Origin: a candidate division WOR-3 bacterium
Lineage (GTDB): Bacteria; Hydrothermota; Tepidihabitantia; Tepidihabitantales; Tepidihabitantaceae
Direction: 5' to 3'
NCBI GenBank assembly: GCA_965649205.1
Contig: CBFGJV010000031.1
Span: forward strand, 1-19,021
Length of the DNA stretch: 19,021 bases
The stretch's first letter is position 1, and each line of letters starts with the position of its first letter. A model generated the notes under the pieces. It had not been told where the DNA came from. It saw only the letters and a program-made list of their open reading frames with translations, and did no database searches. Position numbers and translations under genes: made by a program. Positions 7,077-15,439 of this stretch are shown piece after piece.

Positions 7077-9703
7077 TGCTTCAGCGCCTCCAGCTGTTTT
7101 TCCAGCCGGGCCAGCTTATCCGCCAGCTCCTGGCGGCGCTCTCTTTCCCTCTCCACTACTTCCGGCTTAGCTCGCTCCACAAAACTGGGATTGGCGAACT
7201 TAGCCTCAATGGCTGCCAGCGCCTGACGCAGACCTGCGGCCTCCTTTTCAATCCGGCTCCGCTCCCGCTCAAAATCCACCACGCCCGCCAGCGGCACATA
7301 CACCTCTGCGCCCGGAATCACCGCTAGTGACGACTGACCGGGTCGCTCGTGCGCAAACTCCAGCTCAGAAACCGTGGCCAGCTGTCGCACCAGTCCCACA
7401 TTCTCCTGCAAAAATCGGGCCACCCCAAAATCAGTCGTATTCACAATACACCGCACCGGCACCTTCGCCGGCACCCCCATCTCCGCCCGTATATTCCGCA
7501 CCGCGGTTATCAACTCCCGCATCGCCTCCACTTCCTGCACTCGCTCCTTACTCACCGCCAACTGTTCCGGCCACTGCGAAACCATGATGGACGAACTGGG
7601 CGTCTCGTTACCCCATCCCAGCCTGTGCCACAACTCCTCGGTAATAAACGGCATAAGCGGATGCAACATCTGCAAAGTGCCGCGCAGCACCTGCGCCAAC
7701 GTCCAGCGACAGGCCGCATCGTCCTCTTTAAGCCGCAGCTTGGCAAACTCCAGATACCAGTCGCACAACTCATGCCAGAAGAAATCGTACAGCCGGGAAG
7801 CCACCAGCGAGTAGGCGCATCCTTCCAGACCCTGGATCACTTCCTCCCGGGTCTGATTGAAACGGCTGATTATCCACTCGTCCACCGCCTGCAGCGCCGG
7901 CCGGTCGCCAACCTCGCGCAGATGCGGCGCCACCAGCCGACACGCATTCCACACCTTGTTGGTAAAATTCCTGCCCAGCTCAAACCTCTTCTCGCTCAAC
8001 CGGTAACTCTGCGACTGACTCTCCAGATAGGTAAGCGTGAAACGCACCGCATCCGTGCCATACTTCTCAAACATATCCACCGGGTCAATTCCCACGCCCT
8101 TGGAACGACTCATGCGCTCGCCCGATTCCGCCAGAATGAAAGAATGGAAATACACGCGCGAAAAAGGAATATCGCCCATGAACTTCAGGCCCGAAAAAAT
8201 CATCCGCGCCACCCACAGGAAAATAATATCCGGGGCGGTGGAGAGAAAATCAGTCGGATAGAACCTCTCCAGGTCCGGCGTTTTCTCTGGCCAGCCCATA
8301 GTGGAAAAAGGCCACAAGGCAGAAGAAAACCAGGTGTCAAGTATATCCTCGTCCTGCCGGATACGACTACTGCCACAACGCCGGCACGCGGTCGGGTCGG
8401 TCCGCTCCACCATCACTTCCCCACAATCGTCGCAGTAGAACACCGGTATGCGGTGTCCCCACCACAACTGCCGCGAAATACACCAGTCCTTCACATTGTA
8501 CATCCACTCCAGATACACCTTGGTCCACCGTTCGGGAATAAACTTCACCCGGCCCGACTCCACCACCTCAATCGCCGGCCGTGCCAGCTCTGCCATGCGC
8601 ACAAACCACTGCTCCGACACCAAAGGCTCTATCACTGTCCCGCATCGCTCGCAGATGCCTGCGCTCAGCCGATACGGCTCAATCTTCTCCAAAAGTCCCT
8701 GCGATTTCAGGTCCTCCACCACCTGCAGGCGGCACTCCTCGCGGGAAAGCCCCTGATACTTCTTTGGCACCTTATCTGTCATCCGGCCATCCTCGCCGAT
8801 GACCGTAATAAACTCCAGCCCGTGCTTCTTGCCTATCTCAAAATCGGTAGCGTCGTGCGCCGGCGTCACCTTCACCGCACCAGTTCCGAACTCAGCCAGC
8901 ACCAGCTCATCGGCGATAAGCGGAATTTCTCTCCCGGCCAGCGGCAGAACCAGCTTCCGGCCCACCAATTCCTTATAACGTGCATCAGCCGGATTCACCG
9001 CCACCGCCGTATCCCCCAGCATAGTCTCCGGCCTGGTAGTCGCCACCACCACCCAGCCCTCAGACCCTACCAGCGGATAACGAATATACCACCAGTGACT
9101 ATCCTGCTCCTGATGCTTCACTTCCAAATCTGACACCGCGGTATGACAGCGCGGACACCAGTTCACAATCCGCGTGCCCCGGTAAATCAAACCATCCTCG
9201 TAATAACGCACAAACGCCTCGCGCACCGCCCGCGAACACACCTCATCCATCGTAAACCTGGTCCGCGACCAGTCGCAGGCGCAACCCAGAAGCTTCAACT
9301 GCTCAATAATGCGCGTACCGTACTTCTCTTTCCAGGCCCAGGCCCGCTTCAGAAACTCCTCTCTGCCCAGCCGAAACCGGTCTGTCCCCTCCTTGGCCAG
9401 AGCCCGGTCCAGATGCGTATGTGTGCCGATAGAAGCGTGATCAGTCCCCGGCAGCCACAACGTCTCGTATCCCTGCAGCTTCTTGAACCGGATCTGCACA
9501 TCCTGCAACGTGTTATTCAACGCGTGCCCCACATGCAGCGAACCGGTAATATTCGGCGGCGGAATCACGATGGAAAACTTCGGCTTCGGAGAATTGGGAT
9601 TCGCAACAAAAAGTCCGTTCTCCTCCCAGAACCGATACCACTTTCTTTCCACCGGCCCGGGGTCATAGCGGGAAGGAAAATCAGAATGAGCCATATCTGC
9701 CAT
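7073..9703 (-). CDS. valS: Valine--tRNA ligase
   Basis: PPPNITGSLHVGHAL (HIGH), ATTRPETMLGD, GTGAVKVTPAHD, DWCISRQLWWGHRIP, LDTWFSSALWPF, CDWYLE, LHPLMPFITEELW and a C-terminal coiled coil; 876 aa. Confidence 0.98.
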   Translation of the reverse strand: MADMAHSDFPSRYDPGPVERKWYRFWEENGLFVANPNSPKPKFSIVIPPPNITGSLHVGHALNNTLQDVQIRFKKLQGYETLWLPGTDHASIGTHTHLDRALAKEGTDRFRLGREEFLKRAWAWKEKYGTRIIEQLKLLGCACDWSRTRFTMDEVCSRAVREAFVRYYEDGLIYRGTRIVNWCPRCHTAVSDLEVKHQEQDSHWWYIRYPLVGSEGWVVVATTRPETMLGDTAVAVNPADARYKELVGRKLVLPLAGREIPLIADELVLAEFGTGAVKVTPAHDATDFEIGKKHGLEFITVIGEDGRMTDKVPKKYQGLSREECRLQVVEDLKSQGLLEKIEPYRLSAGICERCGTVIEPLVSEQWFVRMAELARPAIEVVESGRVKFIPERWTKVYLEWMYNVKDWCISRQLWWGHRIPVFYCDDCGEVMVERTDPTACRRCGSSRIRQDEDILDTWFSSALWPFSTMGWPEKTPDLERFYPTDFLSTAPDIIFLWVARMIFSGLKFMGDIPFSRVYFHSFILAESGERMSRSKGVGIDPVDMFEKYGTDAVRFTLTYLESQSQSYRLSEKRFELGRNFTNKVWNACRLVAPHLREVGDRPALQAVDEWIISRFNQTREEVIQGLEGCAYSLVASRLYDFFWHELCDWYLEFAKLRLKEDDAACRWTLAQVLRGTLQMLHPLMPFITEELWHRLGWGNETPSSSIMVSQWPEQLAVSKERVQEVEAMRELITAVRNIRAEMGVPAKVPVRCIVNTTDFGVARFLQENVGLVRQLATVSELEFAHERPGQSSLAVIPGAEVYVPLAGVVDFERERSRIEKEAAGLRQALAAIEAKFANPSFVERAKPEVVERERERRQELADKLARLEKQLEALKQ

Positions 9704-9710
9704 GCGGGGA

Positions 9711-9738
9711 ATTATAGAACTGCCCTTCCTTGTGTCAA
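9711..9738 (-). promoter_or_regulatory. Consensus sigma70 promoter of valS, probably giving a leaderless mRNA
   Basis: On the - strand TTGACA (9738-9733) - 16 bp - TATAAT (9716-9711) - 7 nt - ATG (9703). Confidence 0.85.
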
Positions 9739-9796
9739 TTACCAGCTATACCAGCCACTGCCGCAATCACCAGCCCGGCGACGCTTCAAAAAAACA

Positions 9797-10549
9797 TCAA
9801 ACCTGTCCCAGCGCCCGCATCACCACTCTTGCGCACTCGCCGGTCTTCCGACAAATCTCCGCGCCAGAAAACCGCAACAACCGCCAGCCGGCCGCAGCCA
9901 GCGCATTATCCTTCTGCCGGTCGCAAGCCGCCTTCCACCGACCAGTATGATAACGCTCCCCATCGCACTCCACTGCCAGCTTCACCTCGCCCGCAAACAA
10001 CGCCATATCCAGAAAGTAACTCTTTCCCGCTTCGCAAACCAGAAACTGCCGCTCCGGTTTCAAACCCAGCTCCCGCAGAAAAAAATACAGCCGGTCCTCG
10101 ATCGGACTGGTATGAAAAAGGTCGTTGATTTCCTCGGCTACCAGCAATCGCTCCATACTTGAAGGAATAAAAACAATCCGTCGCATACTCCGGCTCGGTG
10201 TTGGCCGCGGCAAAGACGCAAGCTCGCCCACACCCACCCGATAGTACTCCTCCTCCGCCCGCGGGTGCAGCGGCTCATCCGGCAAAAGCTCAATACGCTT
10301 CATCCGCTGCACACTCTCCACCCGCGCATACCACTTCACCTGCCACTTTTCCGGGCCGCACCCCGCAGTCAGATACCAAGCCATAAACTCTGCCTTCCTC
10401 CATTCCCTTGGTGCACTCCGCACCGGGATACGGTACCAATGCTCTCTGCAGAGTATCTGCCAATCCTTACGCCGAGTAACCACCGCCACCAGAGCCGGCG
10501 TCTCCTTATGGAAGAAACGGAAACAACTCTTTGCCCCGCCCTTTGACAC
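9797..10549 (-). CDS. DUF559/Vsr-like PD-(D/E)XK endonuclease fused to an N-terminal probable PUA/EVE-like domain
   Basis: C-terminal SPIE...RQF...YFLDMA...LAVECDGERYH...DRQKDNAL...GWRLLRF is the DUF559 pattern. The aromatic-rich N-terminal ~140 aa (DWQIL.REHWYRIP, AWYLT, KWYARV, PDEPLHPRA..EYYRV) is a separate domain; its fold is inferred. Confidence 0.8.
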   Translation of the reverse strand: MSKGGAKSCFRFFHKETPALVAVVTRRKDWQILCREHWYRIPVRSAPREWRKAEFMAWYLTAGCGPEKWQVKWYARVESVQRMKRIELLPDEPLHPRAEEEYYRVGVGELASLPRPTPSRSMRRIVFIPSSMERLLVAEEINDLFHTSPIEDRLYFFLRELGLKPERQFLVCEAGKSYFLDMALFAGEVKLAVECDGERYHTGRWKAACDRQKDNALAAAGWRLLRFSGAEICRKTGECARVVMRALGQV

Positions 10550-10554
10550 AGCCT

Positions 10555-10586
10555 ATACTATTCCTTACCCGCTCAGACTTTGTCAA
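10555..10586 (-). promoter_or_regulatory. Possible promoter of the DUF559 gene
   Basis: Perfect TTGACA (10586-10581); the -10 candidates AATAGT (18-bp spacer) and TAGTAT (20-bp spacer) are imperfect. Confidence 0.35.
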
Positions 10587-11017
10587 CCCCTGACCCTGCG
10601 CCCCCTCTGACTCTTCAGACCTTTAATAAGCCTGCCCGCCCCGATTCCTGATAGCCGATAAATATACACGGCTACCCCCATTTCCCCACCTTCGTTACCC
10701 GCAAAACCACTCTTCCACCCCCTACCCGGGCCACTGGGGGAACGACTCCCCCACTGCCCCCCAGACCAGAGCTGAATCTCCATAGCAAACGCACTACCAG
10801 GCAGTTACATATGTGAGTCAATCCGGCATCCCTCCATCCCCAACAGCACACCTACTTGAACCTTGACACCAGAATCAGAAAAAGAAACCCGCCAGAAGGA
10901 AAATTCAACTGTCCTGCGACCAGACAATAAGTTCCCTCTCTGCTGCAAAACCGCCCTTTTTCCGGTTCCTTTATAACCTGATTACCGCCCAGGCTCATAT
11001 ACCTTCAGCTCACCTGT

Positions 11018-11056
11018 TTGACACAAAAAAGCCGACACATATAATCCGTTCGGGAG
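11018..11056 (+). promoter_or_regulatory. Consensus sigma70 promoter and RBS of the cas operon
   Basis: TTGACA (11018-11023) - 16 bp - TATAAT (11040-11045); GGGAG (11052-11056) lies 6 nt before GTG 11063. Confidence 0.85.
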
Positions 11057-11062
11057 ACACGA

Positions 11063-11974
11063 GTGGTCGCGGCAAAACTGCAGATAAATTTTCTTGCCGC
11101 CGAACCGGTTCGGTTGCCGCGCTTTGCCGGCGCTGTGTTCCGCGGCGGCTTCGGCTTGGCGTTTCGCCGAGTAACCTGTCCGTTCCCAACGCGCGAATGC
11201 GACGACTGCCTGCTCAAAGAAAAATGCGTCTGGACATACGTATTCAACACTCCGCGTCCTGCGACCGCGACGATAATGCGCAAATACGAAACTGTACCCC
11301 ATCCGTTTGTCCTCGAACCTCTGTCCGAAGAAACTGAGTATCCAGCCGGCGCAGATTTGTCCTTCAACCTTATCCTCATCGGCCGCGCCACAGAGTTCCT
11401 CCCTTACTTCGTCTTGACCTGCGAGCAGATGGCGACGCAAGGTCTAGGCCCGGGCCGGCCGCGGCTCAAAATAAGAAACATCACGCAGGACGGAACTATT
11501 CTCTTTGACGCCACTGCGCATGCCTTCCGCTCCCCTCTGCGCAAACAACGACTGCACCTGCGACCGGGTGCCGACCGCCGCGGCCGGGTGAAACTGAACT
11601 TCCTTACGCCCACGCGCATCAACTACGCCGGCCGCATGTGCCGCAGGATTGACTTTCACATTCTCATCCGCTCGCTTCTGCGCCGGCTGGGCCTTCTGGC
11701 TTACTTCCACGACCAGCCGGTAGAACTTGACTATGCCGCACTCATCAAACAGGCGCAGGAAGTAAAAACAACCGAGATGCACCTGTCCGGCTACGAATGG
11801 CGCCGCTACTCTGGCCGCCAAGAGCGGGAAGTAGAAATGGAAGGAATGACGGGCACGGTTACCTACGAAGGCAACATCGGCCCATTTCTGCCCTTCCTGC
11901 GTGCCGGCGAACTCCTGCACGTAGGCAAAGGCACAACGTTCGGTATGGGAAAATATGAACTGGAGGTGGGATGA
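11063..11974 (+). CDS. cas6: CRISPR pre-crRNA endoribonuclease Cas6 (Cys-cluster type)
   Basis: GAVFRGGFG, CxxxxxxCxxCxxxxxC, PHPFVL, FLTPTRI, WRRYSGRQ and C-terminal G-loop HVGKGTTFGMG. Confidence 0.93.
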   Translation: MVAAKLQINFLAAEPVRLPRFAGAVFRGGFGLAFRRVTCPFPTRECDDCLLKEKCVWTYVFNTPRPATATIMRKYETVPHPFVLEPLSEETEYPAGADLSFNLILIGRATEFLPYFVLTCEQMATQGLGPGRPRLKIRNITQDGTILFDATAHAFRSPLRKQRLHLRPGADRRGRVKLNFLTPTRINYAGRMCRRIDFHILIRSLLRRLGLLAYFHDQPVELDYAALIKQAQEVKTTEMHLSGYEWRRYSGRQEREVEMEGMTGTVTYEGNIGPFLPFLRAGELLHVGKGTTFGMGKYELEVG

Positions 11975-14256
11975 GTAATGACCGCGAATTCCAGACCGTA
12001 GTGCTGGCAACGCTCCTGCATGACATCGGCAAATTCGCCCAGCGTACGGGCCGACACATCGCCCGCAGCCATCCGGAACTAAGCACCTGGTTTGCCAGCG
12101 AGTTTCTGGGCAAGCAGTGGCAGGAAGTTGTTGATGCCGTCGGTTACCATCATCTGCCCGCAGCGGGTTCCGTACGCAACCAGCGCCTTGCGCTCACACT
12201 GGTACTGGCTGACTGGCTCTCTTCGGGTGAACGCCGCGAACTGCCGGAAGGCGAGACCGGCGAACCGGCCAGCGACACCCTCATCTCGATTTTCTCCCAA
12301 CTTGTGGGCAGCAACACAAAAACCCGTTTCCCGCTCTGCGCCCTGCCTGCCGATGGCAGACTTGAGCCGGGCGCGGACATCTCCAGCAACCGGGAAACAT
12401 ACGGTGCGCTCTGGGACGATTTCGTCAGAGAATGCCGGGCGCTGTGCCGGGACGACTTCCCCAAGCTGGTTGACCAGCTGCTGGCACTGCTGGAGAAATA
12501 CACGATGTTCGTTCCTTCGGCCGCGTGGAAAAGCGAATCCGACATTTCTCTGTATCATCATCTCAAGTCAACCGCAGCGATTGCATCGTGCATCTACCTT
12601 GCCGGCCTGGACGCTGCAGTCATCAACGGCATCCTTGCCAACTTCGAGAGTTCTAGCCGGCCAATTGCGTATCTAGTCGGTGGCGACCTGTCCGGCATTC
12701 AGGACTTTATCTACAACTTGCGCGCCAAAGGTGCGCTCAAGGGTCTGCGCGGCCGCTCGCTATATCTGCAACTGTTGCCCGAGGCTGTCGCCGCTCTGGT
12801 GCTGGATGAATTCGGCCTTACGCCCTGCAACCTGCTCTACTGCAGTGGCGGACACTTATATGTGCTGGTACCGGTGCACAACAACACCGAATCCCGCCTT
12901 GCCGACATTGCCCGTCGTGTGGACCGAACCCTCCTCGACGCACATAGCGGCAGGCTGAGCGTTTCGCTTGCCGCTCAGGCACTGACACCTGCGGACTTCG
13001 GGCGCGAAAAGTTCGGCACCGCCTGGGACAGACTGCACACCCGCCTGGCGCGGGAGAAGCGAAGACGGTTTTCCCACCTTTTCTCCGACCCGCAGGATCA
13101 GAAGCTGATTCTGGGCCCGACAGGCACTGGCGGAGAAAGTCCGGCCTGTGCGGTCTGCGGCGAAGAGATGACAGAGGATGCGCCAACTGCTGACACGGAC
13201 AAGTGCCGCACCTGCGAGAGCTTCGAACAACTGGCAACCAGCCTGAACCGAGCAACAGTACTGACCGAACAACGCACGGCGAGAGGGCCCGAAAAGCCCG
13301 CCCGCTGGTACGAAGTCCTGGCTGCCTTGGGCCGCACCTACCGGTTTGAGCCGGCGACGGCCAGCGAGGGCAACTCATTTCTCCTCAACCAGACCGACTT
13401 TGCCGAACAGGGATTGTCCGGATTCCGCTTCCTGGCCAAACACGTGCCCCAGGAGAAAGGTTCCGCCGCTGAACTTGAGGACATTGCACAGAAGGCGGAC
13501 GGCATCGAACGCTGGGGCGTACTGCGTATGGACGTTGACAATCTCGGCAATGTATTCAAGGAAGGGCTGGGCGAAAACCGCTCTATTTCCCGCCTCTCGG
13601 TACTCAGCTACTTGCTTGGCTACTTCTTCTCGGCCCGCGTGCAAGCCATAGCTCAGGAAGCAGATTACCGAGACAAAATTTATCTAGCCTATTCAGGTGG
13701 TGATGACCTGTTTGCCATCGGCGCCTGGTCGGTCCTGCCCGTCTTTGCCGAGCGTATTAGAACTGAGTTTGGCAGATTCACGTCCGACCGGGTCACGCTT
13801 TCCGCCGGCATCTACCTTGCGCCCTCTGTGAAGTTTCCGGTATATGAAGCCGCGGATGAAGCCGGCGAAGCCGAGTCTGCGGCCAAGAAAAAAGGCCGCG
13901 ACCGCCTGACATTTCTCGACACCACACTAACCTGGCAGGAACTGGCTGATGTCCAACCGGTTAAAAACCTGTTGGTAGAGCTGCTTGAAACCGAAAACGG
14001 CCTGCCCAAATCTGTCCTCAGCATTCTGCGCTCAAGCTGGGAACAACTGAGACAGGCAGAAAAAGGCGAGATTCCGATATATCCAATCTGGCGCTTGCTC
14101 TATGCGTTCAAGCGCCTCAAGGAAAGAAAGGAAAAACTGGCTCTGCGGATAGATGAACTGGAACATCAGGTAGTCATGGGCACCAGCCTGCGACCATACC
14201 TTGACCTCATCGTCCGCTGGGCCGAATACGAAATAAGGAGGAAGAATGCAGAATAG
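11971..14256 (+). CDS. cas10: Type III-A Cas10/Csm1 with intact HD nuclease and cyclase motifs
   Basis: LLHDIGK (HD), DISLYHH, GDLSGIQDFIY, LRGRS, CAVC...CRTC, RMDVDNLG and YSGGDDLF. Confidence 0.97.
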   Translation: MSNDREFQTVVLATLLHDIGKFAQRTGRHIARSHPELSTWFASEFLGKQWQEVVDAVGYHHLPAAGSVRNQRLALTLVLADWLSSGERRELPEGETGEPASDTLISIFSQLVGSNTKTRFPLCALPADGRLEPGADISSNRETYGALWDDFVRECRALCRDDFPKLVDQLLALLEKYTMFVPSAAWKSESDISLYHHLKSTAAIASCIYLAGLDAAVINGILANFESSSRPIAYLVGGDLSGIQDFIYNLRAKGALKGLRGRSLYLQLLPEAVAALVLDEFGLTPCNLLYCSGGHLYVLVPVHNNTESRLADIARRVDRTLLDAHSGRLSVSLAAQALTPADFGREKFGTAWDRLHTRLAREKRRRFSHLFSDPQDQKLILGPTGTGGESPACAVCGEEMTEDAPTADTDKCRTCESFEQLATSLNRATVLTEQRTARGPEKPARWYEVLAALGRTYRFEPATASEGNSFLLNQTDFAEQGLSGFRFLAKHVPQEKGSAAELEDIAQKADGIERWGVLRMDVDNLGNVFKEGLGENRSISRLSVLSYLLGYFFSARVQAIAQEADYRDKIYLAYSGGDDLFAIGAWSVLPVFAERIRTEFGRFTSDRVTLSAGIYLAPSVKFPVYEAADEAGEAESAAKKKGRDRLTFLDTTLTWQELADVQPVKNLLVELLETENGLPKSVLSILRSSWEQLRQAEKGEIPIYPIWRLLYAFKRLKERKEKLALRIDELEHQVVMGTSLRPYLDLIVRWAEYEIRRKNAE

Positions 14257-14656
14257 ACCGGGAAATAGACCGGGAAATGCGCCGCAACCTCAGGCACAAC
14301 CTGTACCAACTGACCGCATCCGCAAAGCGCTGAGCGGCGACACCAAGGCCCTCGTGGCATTTGCTGAGGAAACCGGCAGGCAACTTGCCTCGGGTAGCGA
14401 ACGCGAAAACCTGTCCGTGTCGCAGATACGGAACGTGCTCGACGACATCCAGCGCATGCGCACCTACGATGAAAACAGGTTGCAGATGCTTCGACCCAAA
14501 CTTGCCTATGCTGCGGGCCGGCACGGCGGGAAGGTAAAAGACCTGCAACGGATTGTTGACGAGGCAATCAAGATGACCAATGCCAGCAACTTCCAGCAGT
14601 TCAAGAACCTGATGGAAGCCATCGTAGGATACCATCGCTATTACGGCGGAAAGTGA
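14246..14656 (+). CDS. csm2: Type III-A small subunit Csm2
   Basis: SQIRNV, LRPKLAYAAGR and F..LMEAIVGYHRYYGG; RBS AAGGAGG; overlaps the cas10 stop. Confidence 0.95.
   Translation: MQNRPGNRPGNAPQPQAQPVPTDRIRKALSGDTKALVAFAEETGRQLASGSERENLSVSQIRNVLDDIQRMRTYDENRLQMLRPKLAYAAGRHGGKVKDLQRIVDEAIKMTNASNFQQFKNLMEAIVGYHRYYGGK
14252..14278 (+). repeat. 12-bp tandem duplication in the csm2 N-terminus
   Basis: AATAGACCGGGA x2 plus AAT, encoding NRPG-NRPG-N. Confidence 0.85.
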
Positions 14657-14662
14657 GGAAAC

Positions 14663-15439
14663 ATGCCAGAACTAATAGGAAAAACCATCATCACGACAGA
14701 CATCAGGCTCGTCACCGGTACCCGTATCGGCGGTAGCCAAGGCGGACTCAAGATTGGCGGTGTTGACCTCAATGTCATCACCGACCCGTTAGGCCGTCCC
14801 TATATTCCCGGCTCTTCCCTCAAGGGAAAAATGCGCTCACTCGTCGAACAGACCCAGCGCGTGCCAATCGGCGATAGACGCACGCACTCGTGCCGCAACG
14901 CCGAGGAATACCGTCGCTGTGTTGTCTGCCGTACCTATGGGACGCTGGACAGTTTCCCAGACTTGCCAACTCTTACGCGCCTTGTGGCCAGAGACACGTT
15001 TCTGGACGAGACAAGCGTCACCGAAGAGATGCGCGCGACAATGGATATGGAGTTCACCGAAGTGAAGTTCGAGACCGCGATTGACCGCATCAGCGGCACC
15101 GCACTGCGCGGCAGCCTCCGCCAGATTGAGCGCGTGCCGGCCGGCGCCATCTTCCGACCCGCCGAGTTCGTGTTCAATGTATTCGAAGAAGAAGACAAGG
15201 ACCTTCTGAAATACCTGTTTGTGGCAATGGAACTTTTGGAAGACGACTATATTGGCGGAATGGGCTCGCGCGGTTACGGCAAGGTGAAACTGGAGAATAT
15301 CGGCGTCTGGTGGAACCGGGCACAAGACTACGAAACCGGCACAGTAGCGCTGGAGGAGAGCCGCCGCATCAACGACAACCTGAGAACTCCCTCGGCACTG
15401 GTGCAAGGTTTTGAGACGCTTCGGTCCAAGCTGACATGA
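14663..15439 (+). CDS. csm3: Type III-A backbone RAMP Csm3
   Basis: IGGVD (catalytic Asp position), PYIPGSSLKGKMRSL, TEVKFETAIDR, RQIERVPAG and LEDDYIGGMGSRGYG. Confidence 0.96.
   Translation: MPELIGKTIITTDIRLVTGTRIGGSQGGLKIGGVDLNVITDPLGRPYIPGSSLKGKMRSLVEQTQRVPIGDRRTHSCRNAEEYRRCVVCRTYGTLDSFPDLPTLTRLVARDTFLDETSVTEEMRATMDMEFTEVKFETAIDRISGTALRGSLRQIERVPAGAIFRPAEFVFNVFEEEDKDLLKYLFVAMELLEDDYIGGMGSRGYGKVKLENIGVWWNRAQDYETGTVALEESRRINDNLRTPSALVQGFETLRSKLT

Noticed and set aside
9704..9796. T-box riboswitch upstream of valS
   Set aside because: The gap is only 93 bp and the promoter abuts the start codon.
7349..10162. Long + strand ORFs 7349..9133 (594 aa) and 9143..10162 (339 aa)
   Set aside because: They lie antisense to valS and the DUF559 gene, are H/R/P/Q-rich with no recognisable motifs, and are best explained as shadow frames from codon bias.
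10550..11060. A CRISPR array or small gene (10583..10783) upstream of cas6
   Set aside because: No regularly spaced direct repeats were found; the ORF is Gly/Arg-rich, as expected from the C-rich DNA.
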